Assembly: GCF_006345805.1 (NCBI RefSeq)
Contig: NC_043013.1
Coordinates: 28,582,001-28,646,000 of the forward strand
Direction: 5' to 3'
DNA: 64,000 bases
Source: Octopus sinensis
Taxonomy: Eukaryota
Positions 52,963 through 64,000 of the stretch are shown piece by piece. The translations under genes were made by a program, and so were the position numbers. The notes under the pieces are model-generated. The model did not search any database, was not told the origin of the DNA, and saw only the letters and a program-made list of their open reading frames with translations. Numbering within the stretch: the stretch's first letter is position 1; each line of letters starts with the position of its first letter.

Positions 52963-52996
<34 letters not shown>

Positions 52997-53171
52997 TGTA
53001 TGTATGTATGTATGTGTGTATGTATGTATGTATGTATGTATGTGTGTATGTATGTATGTATGTATGTGTGTATGTATGTATGTATGTATGTATATATGTA
53101 TGGTGTATGTATGTATTATGTATGTATGTATATATGTATGTGTGTATGTATGTATGTATGTATGTATGTAG

Positions 53172-53203
<32 letters not shown>

Positions 53204-53254
53204 TGTATGTATGTATGTATGTGTATGTATGTATGATGTATGTATGTATGTGTG

Positions 53255-53286
<32 letters not shown>

Positions 53287-53697
53287 TATATGTGTGTATG
53301 TATATGTATGTGTGTATGTATGTTGTATGTATGTATGTATATATGTATGTGTGTATGTATGTATGTATGTATGTATGTATGTATGTGTGTATGTATGTAT
53401 GTATGTGTGTATGTATGTATGTATGTATGTATGTATATATGTATGTGTGTATGTATGTATGTATGTATGTAGTATGTATGTATGTATGTGTGTATGTATG
53501 TATGTATGTAATGTGTGTATGTATGATGTATGTATGTATATATGTATGTGGTATGTATGTATGTATGTATGTATGTATGGTGTGTATGTATGTATGTATG
53601 TATGTATTATGTATGTGTGTATGTATGTATGTATGTATGTATGTATGTGTGTATGTATGTATGTATGTTATATGTATGTATGTGTTATGTATGTATG

Positions 53698-53731
<34 letters not shown>

Positions 53732-54159
53732 TGTATGTGTGTATGTATGTATGTATGTATGCATGTATGTATGTATGTGTGTATGTATGTATGTATATAT
53801 ATATGTATGTATGTATGTATATATGTATGTATGTATGTGTGTATGTATGTATGTATGTGTGTATGTGTGTATGTGTGTATGTGTGTATGTATGTATGTAT
53901 GTATGTATATATGTGTGTATGTATGTGTATGTATGTATGTATGTATGTATGTATGTATGTATGTGTGTATGTCTGTATGTATGTATGTATGTATGTATGT
54001 ATATATGTGTGTATGTATGTATGTATGTATGTATGTGTGTATGTATGTATGTATGTATGTATGTATGTATGTATGTGTGTATGTATGTATGTATGTATGT
54101 ATGTATGCATGTGTGTATGTATGTATGTATGTATGTATGTATGTATGTATGTATGTATG

Positions 54160-54193
<34 letters not shown>

Positions 54194-54339
54194 TGTATGT
54201 ATGTATGTATGTGTGTATGTATGTATGTATGTATGTATGTGTGTATGTATGTATGTATGTATGTATATATGTATGTGTGTATGTATGTATGTATGTATGT
54301 ATGTATGTATGTATGTGTGTATGTATGTATGTATGTATG

Positions 54340-54375
<36 letters not shown>

Positions 54376-54480
54376 TGTATGTATGTATGTATGTGTGTAT
54401 GTATGTATGTATGTATGTATATATGTATGTATGTATGTATGTATATATGTATATATGTATGTATGTATATGTTTATGCAT
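52431..54480. repeat. ~2-kb (TATG)n microsatellite following a SINE A head (52299-52430)
   Basis: Visible; source of the long YVCM ORFs. Confidence 0.95.
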
Positions 54481-54540
54481 GTGCATGTAAAAAAAAAGCT
54501 AAGTCAGATTTCTAATAATTAATTTATCTTGTATTTTGCG

Positions 54541-55195
54541 ATTTTATTCTTTTATTTGTTTCAGCTATTTGACTGCAGCCATGCTGGAGCACAACTTTCA
54601 GTCAAACAAATCAACCCCCAGACTTATTCTTTGTAAGCCTAGTACTTATTCTATCAGTCTTTTTTGCCAAACCACTAAGTTTCAAGGATGTAAACACACC
54701 AACATTGGTTGTGAAGCGATGATGGGGGGAACAAACACAGGCACACAAATACATGCATGCATACATACATACATACATACATACATACATACATACATAC
54801 ATACATACACACATACATATACATACATACATACATACACACATACATACATACATACACACATATATACATACATACATACATACATACATACATACAT
54901 ACACACATACATACATACATACATACACACATACATATATACATACATACATACATACATACACACATACATACATACATACATACATACATACATACAC
55001 ACATACATATATACATACATACATACATACACACATACATATATACATACATACATACATACATACACACATACATACATACATACATACATACACACAT
55101 ACATACATACATACATACATACATACATACATACATACATACACACATACATATATACATACATACATACATACACACATACATACATACATACA

Positions 55196-55229
<34 letters not shown>

Positions 55230-55473
55230 CATACATACATACATACATACACACATACTACATACATACATACATACATACATACATACATACACACATA
55301 TATACATACATACATACATACATACATACATACATACATACATACATACACACATACATACATATATACATACATACATACATACATACACACATACATA
55401 CATACATACATACATACACACATACATACATACATACATACATACATACATACATACATACATACATAACACA

Positions 55474-55507
<34 letters not shown>

Positions 55508-55621
55508 CATACATACATACATACATACACACATACATACATACATACATACATACATACATACACACATACATACATACATACATACATACATACATAC
55601 ACACATACATACATACATACA

Positions 55622-55652
<31 letters not shown>

Positions 55653-55845
55653 TACATACATACATACATACATACATACATACATACATACATACATACA
55701 TACATGACGGGCTTCTTTCAGTTTCCGTCTACCAAATCCACTCATAAGGCTTTGGTAGAAGACACTTGCCCAAGGTACCATGCAGTGGGACTGAACTAGG
55801 AACCATGTTGTTGGTAAGCAAGCTTCTTACCACAGAGCTATGCCA
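54541..55845 (-). mobile_element. SINE family A with internal tract expanded to ~950 bp of (CATA)n
   Basis: SINE 3' part at 54541-54750, (CATA)n at 54755-55705, head at 55706-55845. Confidence 0.92.
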
Positions 55846-55880
55846 GTGACTGGTCACTTTTTTCTTTTTTTGTTGCCAAT

Positions 55881-56273
55881 AGGTGCAGGAGTGGCTATGT
55901 GGTAAGTAGCTTGCTTACCAACCACATGGTTCCAGGTTCAGTCTCACTGTGTGGCACCTTGGGCAAGTGTCTTCTACTATAGCCTCGAGCCAACCAAAGC
56001 CTTGTGAGTAGATTTGGTAGACGGAAACTGAAAGAAGCCCGACATATATATGTATGTGTGTGTGTATGTTTGTGTATCTATGTTTGTCCCCCCAACATCG
56101 CTTGATAACTGATGCTGGTGTGTTTAGGTCCCCGTAACTTAGCGGTTCGGCAAAAGAGACCGATAGGATAAGTACTAGACTTACAAAGAATAAGTCCTGG
56201 GGTTGATTTGATTTGACTAAAGGTGGTGCTCCAGCATAGCCACTGCCAAATGACTGAAACAAGTAAAAGAGTA
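55881..56273 (+). mobile_element. SINE family A, full length
   Basis: A/B boxes and tail present. Confidence 0.92.
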
Positions 56274-56344
56274 AATAAACACACTATATATTCGTTCTTC
56301 ACTCGTTTATCACTGTTCTTATTCTGACTCATGTCGATTGTCCA

Positions 56345-56378
56345 GAAATCTTTCGTCACACATCTGTGAACTCCTCAG
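56345..56378 (-). ncRNA. Partial hammerhead core (family HH-G)
   Basis: Minus: CTGAGGA-g(t)tcaca gatg tgtgac-GAAA-gatttc. Strong stem II; no stem I partner visible. Confidence 0.4.
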
Positions 56379-56682
56379 TTATTGCAACACAAATTCATTC
56401 ATAAAGATTAATTAATCATTTTCTTTTTAATTGACCCACATATGGTACTGTAGTTGAACAAATTGAAATGAAGACAAGCTTTTTACTCAGTGTTTGAAAT
56501 GAAGAATTAGAGAAAAAAAAGAGACTGGAAATAGGGAAATGGATGTTAACACAATGACAATGCACTCCCTCACCTGTAGGTAAGGTGTGTGATATGAGGG
56601 AGATTTATCTACTATTTCTTGCAAATCAAACAACCACATAAAGACTCCCAGATTGACTTACATCAGTCCTGCTCTTTTAGAT

Positions 56683-57391
56683 CAGTGCTTCTCAAACAGT
56701 CTGATGTGGCGTACTGGCAGTTTTTTTTTCTCCAATGTGCCCGGGACCAATAATATTTCTTGGTAATATTAATTTATACCAGAAACAATATATATAATGA
56801 ATATAATAAAAGTTGACAAGGAGTGACTGTGTGGCAAATAGCTTGCTTCCCAAACACATGGTTCTGGGTTCAGTCCCACAGTGTGGCCCTTTGGGCAAGT
56901 GTCTTCTACTATAGCCTTGGGCCAACCAAAGCCTTGTGAATGGATTTGGCAGGTGGAAACTGAAAGAAGCCCATCATATATATATATATACATATATATG
57001 TATATATGTTTGTATGCGTGTGTCTGTGTTTGTCCCCCCACCATCGCTTGACAACCGATGCTTGTGTGTTTACATCCTATAACTTAGCAGTTCAGCGAAA
57101 GAGACCGATAAAATAAGTACTAGGCTTACAAAGAATAAGTCCTGGGATTGATTTGCTCGACTAAAGGCGGTGCTCCAGCATGGCAACAGTAAAATGACTG
57201 AAACAAATAAGAAATAAAAGAATAATTCTTTCTATCTAATGTTTATTTTGTAAACAAATAATACAATATTATGTAAACATTTTATAAACACTTTATAATG
57301 TTTCTTTCTTTTCTGGAAACTCGCCGTGTGCCAACAGCTGATGGCTTGCGAACCGGCATCGGTCCCTGAACCAACACTTTGAGTAGCACTG
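56683..57391. mobile_element. hAT (Charlie-like) MITE with SINE A inserted at 56819-57222
   Basis: TIRs cagtgcttctcaaa / tttgagtagcactg; 8-bp imperfect TSD ttttagat / ctttagaa. Confidence 0.8.
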
Positions 57392-58805
57392 CTTTAGAAG
57401 ACTTTGATGTATTTTACTGATGGTACCTATATACATCTAAGTAGACTGTGCTGTCATGTGGCTAAGTGTCTTAGTTACGAATCAGGTACCGGATACAAAC
57501 ATTTAACAATAGAAACAGCCGGCATTTCATTGTTCTTCCAACAATTCAGTCTGTTGTTTGTCTGCTTAAACAATAAAATAATTGTGTTGTTCTGGTGAGG
57601 GGGACGACGAGGGTGTGTGGGTGGGTGTCGGGTTACCTATAATGTAATACATATCAATCAAAGCTCATAAATCTTGTTAAAAACTCCATAGCAATTAGAG
57701 ATGTATTTCCTCTGTTGTAGAATTTTCATATCATCTTTTGTCAGTTGATGCCAGATTATCATCACTGGCTAACACTTACCACTTAACTATCTTTTCCGAG
57801 GAGTTTTCTTGCTTTGATCTACGACATACGTGTGTGTGTGTGTGTGTGTGTGGGAAGGTTGTTGGGTGGGTGGGTTGTTGGGTGGGTATAACTTGCAAAA
57901 CATTTTACTGTCATGATTACATAGAGACCTACTTTTTACATAAAACAGAAACGCCAACAACAATAAAAATAAAAACAAGAAACAAACAGAAACATATTGG
58001 TAGCTTTTATTGTATTGCTGTCATTGTTGTCATGATGATGATGATGATGATGATAACAATGATGATGATAACAATGATGATGATGGTGATGATGATAATG
58101 ATCATTATCATCATCATCATTGTCATCATTGTCATTATTCTCTTCACCACCGCCACCACCGTCATCATCATCATTGTCATCATCGTTGTCATTATTCTCG
58201 TCACCACTGCCACCACTGTCATCATCGTCATCATCATCATTGTCATCATCGTCGTCGTCGTCGTCATCATCGTCATCGTTGTCTTCATCTGTCTTCATCA
58301 TCTTCATTGTCAATATCATCATCAACACCACAACCACTTCTTTGGCATCACTAACGTCATCATTGTTGTCATCACTCCACCTCCACCACCTCCACAACCA
58401 TCATCATCAATAGTATGGTTACTACCATTGCCCCCACCACCATCATGATCAGGATCACCAACACCCTTACCAACATCTTTTTTTCCCTCTTCCACCACCA
58501 CCGTCACACACCAACACCATCATCATAATCTTTATCTAATTGCTATCATTATCATCATGCTGCTCCTGATGTCGTTTTAATCCCAGTTTTCCCCTGCTGT
58601 CGTGGGTCGTATAGCAGAGGTGCATGGCTTAGGGGTTAGCATGTTAGACTCATGATTACAAATTGTGGTTTCAATTCCTGAACTGAGCAATGCATTATGT
58701 TCTTGAACAAAACATATATAATCACTGATTAAGCCAACAGATGCTCAAATCCACCATTAATTGAATAACACCAAATATTAAAGTATTAAAATGCAGTTAT
58801 ACACT

Positions 58806-59096
58806 TTACTCTTTTACTCTTTTACTTGTTTCAGTCATTTGACTGCGGCCATGCTGGAGCACCGCCTTTAAACGAGCAACTCGACCCCGGGACTTATTCT
58901 TTTGTAAGCTCAGTACTTATTCTATCGGTCTCTTTTGCCGAACCGTTAAGTAACGGGGACATAAACACACCAGCATCGGTTGTCAAGCGATGTTGGGGGG
59001 GACAAACACAGACACACATACACACACACGCACACATATATATTTACATACATACTCATATATATGACGGGCTTCTTTCAGTTTTCGTCTACCAGA
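58806..59096 (-). mobile_element. SINE family A, 3' part
   Basis: Homologous to the other copies. Confidence 0.88.
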
Positions 59097-59270
59097 TCTA
59101 TGACTGAAACCATCCATGACCATCCTGTCTTTTTACGTATTTAAGATAACACTGGCCAATGGATTCATTCTTCTTTAGGAATACTTAGCTGCTATTTCTA
59201 GCAGTTCGAGTGTCCTTGTACAAACTTCCCATGACTATTAGGCTCTTGGTCACTACTGCCAACATCATTG

Positions 59271-59304
<34 letters not shown>

Positions 59305-59366
59305 GGTAGTGGTGATGATGATGATTATCACCACCACCATTATCATTATCAGTGCTGCAGTTGTCA

Positions 59367-59754
59367 TCTCTCTCTATATAAAGCTGAAGTTGTCTGTGTA
59401 TGGCAGGTTTGGTAGCCTTCAAATAACACTATCTATTCTGAGACCCTGCGGCATAAGTTGAACAAAATTGAGAGTATGATAGAAGAAGGCTTGCTCTTCA
59501 TTCCGTAGAAGAAAAAAATTTAAATCGCACCATGTTAACACCAAAAATTATTTACATCAAAAAGGTGCATTTTTTTTCTATGAAAATCCCTATTTTTTAC
59601 GATTTTTTGACTGCTGTGTCACCATTTTTCGGTGTATTTCAACCAGAAAAATGTTCACTTACAGAGAATGACATAATGCAAAATTTTTACTTTTCAAAAA
59701 TTCCAATTCTAAAGGGTCGAAACAAACCCGAGCAACGCCGGGTGATGCTGCTAG
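59367..59754 (+). mobile_element. Non-autonomous Helitron (388 bp)
   Basis: 5' TC, 3' CTAG, inserted between A and T with no TSD; GC-rich subterminal hairpin cccgagcaacgccggg (59727-59742). Confidence 0.85.
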
Positions 59755-59799
59755 TTGTTAATATTATTATTCTTGAAGTTTGTTTTTTTTCCTATTGTC

Positions 59800-60670
59800 C
59801 TCCTCATCATCATCATTATCATCATCACTGTTGTTGTTATTGTTGTTGCTGCTGTTATAGACCAATGCTAGTGACATTGTTGTTGTTGTTGTGTTGGTGG
59901 GAAGAGGAAGGGGGAGAGCCAGTTGCAATGTTGTTGTTGTTGTTGACATTAATGTTCATCACTCTGCATTCCTCTTATTGTTTATGTTCTCCTATTAATG
60001 ATTGTTGATTGTTTTTCTTATTCTTCTTGCCCTTGCTTTTGTTGTTCGTTTTTCTGGTCATTGTTGTTGTTGCTATTGTTTTTGTTGTTGACATTGTTGT
60101 TGTTCTTATCACTATTGTAAATTGTTGTAGTTGTTGCCATTATTGTTGTTATTGTTATTGTTGTTGTTATTGTTGTTATTGTTATTGTCATTATTGTTGT
60201 TGTTGTTGTTATTGCTGCTGTTGTTGTCATTGTTGTTGTTGTCATTATTGTTGTTGTTGTTATTGCTGTTGTTGTCGTTATTGTTGTTGTCGTCGTCGTT
60301 ATTGTTGTTATTTTTGTTGTTGTTGTTGTCATTATTATTGTTGTTGTTGTTGTTGTTGTTGTTGTCGTTATTGTTGTTGTTATTTTTATTGTTGTTATTG
60401 TTGTTATTTTTATTGTTGTTGTTGTTGTTGTTATTGCTGTTGTTATTGTTGTTGTTGTCGTTATTGTTGTTTTTGTTGTTATTGATGCCATTGTTGTTGT
60501 TATTGTTGTTGTATTTGTTGTTGTTGCTGTTATTGTTTTGTTGCTGGTTATTGTTGTTATTTGTATTGTCTTTGTTGTTGCCTCTTTTGTTGTTATTGTC
60601 ATCGTTTTTATCACTATCATTGTTGTTGTTATTCGCTATCGTAATTGCTGTTGTTGTTGTTGTTGTTGTT
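59800..60670. repeat. (TTG/TTA)n trinucleotide tract
   Basis: Visible; source of the poly-L/C/T ORFs. Confidence 0.9.
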
Positions 60671-61322
60671 TACAACATTTTAATGATTGCTCCTTGTTTA
60701 TGTTTGTTGTTGTTCGTCGAATTTTCGTATATTTTTTTTCATAGCTTCAAGAAAAAAAAAAAGTTTTATCATGTGAATATCTTTCCTCTCCCAACCACCA
60801 CCACCGCCACCACTACCACCACCACCACTACCACCACCACCACCACCTCCTCCACCACCACTACTACCTTCACCCACTCCATTAATTTCCAGAAATTAAT
60901 TAATTAATTTTTATTTATTTATTTATTTATTATAGATTTTAGTATAAACAATTTGCTGAATTTAAATTAAATCTTGCTTTTTAAAAATTTCTTAAATATC
61001 AAGAGATGGATATAAATAAATAAATAAATGAAATGACAATTAGGGATTATTTCTGTGTTTATTACATTTATGTACAAGTTTTTTTTTAAAAACTATTTAT
61101 TTTGTTTATTTTGTTTGTTTTCTTTGTTTGTTTGTTTGTTTGTTTGTTTGTTTGTTAGTGTCATATTTACAACTTTTGAACATTAAACAAATTATCTGCT
61201 CACTGATAGGTTGGTATGATAGATGGTCTCAGCATTTTCTAATGTTTTACTGTCTAGAATGGCTACTGCTGCTGCTACTACTACCACCACCACCACCACC
61301 ATTACTACTACTACTACTACTA

Positions 61323-61372
<50 letters not shown>

Positions 61373-61391
61373 ATAATAATAATAACAATAA

Positions 61392-61556
61392 TCCTCTCTA
61401 CTATGGGCACAACGCTTGAAATTTGGTGGGCAGGGTGGGGGTAGGGGATGGCAGTCGATGAGATCGAACCTCAGTACGCAGCTGGTACTTAATTTATCAA
61501 CCGCGAAAGGATGTAAGGCAAAGTCAGTCCTGGCAGCATTTGAACTCAGAATAATG

Positions 61557-61590
<34 letters not shown>

Positions 61591-61671
61591 GAAGAAGAAG
61601 AAGAAGAAGATAAAGAAGAAGAAGAAGAAGAAGAGGAAGATAACATCAACAACACCAACAGTAACAACAAC

Positions 61672-61710
<39 letters not shown>

Positions 61711-61925
61711 CCTCTCTACTGGAGGCACAAGGTCTCAAATTGTGGGGAGGGAACAAATCAATTACATTGATCCCAGTGTTTCACTGGTACTTAATTTATC
61801 CACCCCAGAATGATGAAAGGATGAAAGTCGACTTCGGCAGCATTTGAACTCAGAATATTGCAGCAGATGAAATGCCACTAAGCATTTCGCCCAGCATGCT
61901 AACGAATCTGTCAGCTCGCTGCCTA
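61392..61925 (-). mobile_element. Two SINE family B copies separated by (AAT)/(AAG) microsatellites
   Basis: ctggtacttaatttatc...aggatg.aag..aaagtc...gcatttgaactcagaat occurs twice. Confidence 0.8.
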
Positions 61926-62127
61926 ATAATGATAATAATAATAATAATAACAATAATGGTTCTTGAAATAAGTGTCACCTTACTCTGCTGGTTGTAGACA
62001 GCTGACACTTTCCATCATACCCAACAAAATAAGCTGCGAAGTTTCATATAATAATAATGATAATAACGATTCCTGATTTAAGCACAAGTCTAGCAATTTT
62101 GAGTGGAGCGGGGTCTTAGTTGATACC

Positions 62128-62356
62128 TATTTCTTTATTACCCACAAGGGGCTAAACATAGAAGGGACAAACAAGGACAGACATAGGTATTAAGTCGATT
62201 ACATCGACCCCTGTGCGTAACTGATACTTAATTTATCGAACCCGAAAGGATGAAAGGCAAAGTCAACCTCGGCGGAATTTGAACTCAGAACGTTGCGACA
62301 GACGAAATACCGCAAAGCATTTCGTCCGGTGTGCAAACGTTTCTGCCAGTTCGCCA
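62128..62356 (-). mobile_element. Young SINE family B nested in an older family B copy, 19-bp TSD
   Basis: cggggtcttagttgatacc at 62109-62127 and 62357-62375. Confidence 0.92.
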
Positions 62357-64000
62357 CGGGGTCTTAGTTGATACCATTGACTTCTGTACTTGGCTGGTAT
62401 TTTATTTTATCTTGAGCAGATAAGAGGCAAAGTTGACCTTAGGAGGATTTGAACTCAGAAAGTAAAGAACCAGAAGGAACGCCACAAAACATTTCCTTCT
62501 TTGGTCAAACATTTATGCAGAAGCCCACAAATTTGTGGGGAGGACAACAGTTGCCAACACTGAATTCACCCCCATCTCAACACAAACAGCTGGCTGTGGT
62601 TGGTTGGTTGTTTGGTTGGTAGCATGGTTACCTTAGTGGTTTGCTTTCAGGTCAACTCTGATCAAGCTGATTTATCAGAAGATTTCCAGCCATAATTCTC
62701 CTTGTTTTTTTTTTTACAACACAATAGAGTAAAGACTCTCAACATCCCTTTTTCATCTTTTTTACAAATGCCCACCCCTAATTTTTGATAAAAAATATTA
62801 AGCAGAAGATTATTTTAATCAAATGGAAGCTAATTCTGCTTTTATTGCTTTTATGGAATATTCTAAAGAAGCCATTGCTTTCATCATCAACATCATTATT
62901 TAATAGCCATTTTTTGGGTGGAGTTTGCTGTGATAGATTTTCCTTGTGGGCTGGATGCCCTTCCTGCCACCAACACTTCCATGTTTCCAAGTAAGATAAT
63001 ATTTGTCCATGGTCAGACATGTTTTTCATGGAAGACTGGAAACAACTTCACCTGTATGACAATGATGCTCATTCACAACCATCACATGATATCTAGACAA
63101 GGGTCTATAGACAGACAGACAGACAAACAGACACAGACACACATACAGAGGACAGTCTTCTTTCAGTTTCCATCTACCAAATCCGGTCAGATCAGTGCTA
63201 CATTTGAAGACACTTGCTCTGTGGGCTGAATCTGTGACCATAGGGTTGTGAAGCAAGTTTCTTAACTGCAGAGAGAGAGTGCATTGAGAATAAAAGTGAG
63301 ATAGTAGCACAGGTGAATGGTAATCAGGCCTTGACACATCATCAGCCATGTTTCTGTTCACTGATAACACAATATTCTTCACATTTTGGAATTTCAACAA
63401 AGATTATTTTTGAAAAGTATTGTATATCTTCCTCATGGCTTAAATATTTTGAGTTCATCAACACACGATATAAATACACTGCTAACATGGCTAACTTATA
63501 AAAATGTCAATGGATATTTCATTTCCATGTAGAATCCCAGCTGTTCTATACACCCAGCAGCCCTCATCATATACCCTTGACATATATCACCCCTTTGTGA
63601 GTTTGCTATGTCTGCAATGAAGTACTTTTGCCCTGGTTAAAAGCCAATGCATTAGACTATGATTTGAGGAGGCTTTAGCTGTTATGTTTAGAAGGCCAGG
63701 TGACATTGTAGTGGCACTTATTTTCGCTCAGTGTTGAAGTAGATAAAACGCACAATGTTTAGGATTACATATTTTTTGACAATCTGTTTAGCTACATGGC
63801 CATAATTGGCACCTATGCCAGTGACACATAAAAAGCACCTTTCAAGTGTTAGGCCTCATGGAGGCAATGACAAATGATTGAGATCTTTGGCATTATGCCA
63901 AGCTTGAAAAGAAGACTCATCAAGCCAAGTAAAATCGTTGTCATGGCAGATACTGGTGCCATGCAAATGGCACCTATGCTGGTGGCATGTAAAAGCATTC

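Noticed and set aside
52342-55781. Long ORFs of 240-450 aa (YVCM/HTYI repeats)
   Set aside because: They are translations of (TATG)n/(CATA)n microsatellites, which lack stop codons; no domain content.

Overview
Eukaryotic, AT-rich, gene-free window made almost entirely of microsatellites and transposon-derived sequence. The SINE repertoire and microsatellite load look like an octopus (coleoid cephalopod) genome; this is inference from pattern recognition. No host protein-coding exon is supported: the long ORFs in the track are translations of (TA)n, (TATG)n, (GAT)n and (TTG)n repeats. Recognisable elements include several tRNA-derived SINE families, mariner/Tc1 remnants, hAT-, piggyBac- and Mutator-like MITEs, a non-autonomous Helitron, a Helentron-like element and a decayed Dong/R4-type LINE RT. 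The main hidden signal is about a dozen minimal type I hammerhead-ribozyme motifs (intact or decayed) from at least six unrelated short non-coding families, most of them embedded in (TA)n or (TAA)n microsatellites. They include (i) a 479-bp-period tandem retrozyme-like array with an inverted end (6491-7823) that has captured an exact inverted 155-bp copy of DNA from 6.3 kb upstream, (ii) a tRNA-headed, hammerhead-tailed SINE-like element (3462-3975, 812-996) and (iii) a 60-bp-arm palindrome containing a complete hammerhead (27812-27937). Together they suggest a diverse system of non-autonomous, self-cleaving RNA retroelements, probably mobilised by Penelope-like elements. All structures were folded by eye and none has been tested.
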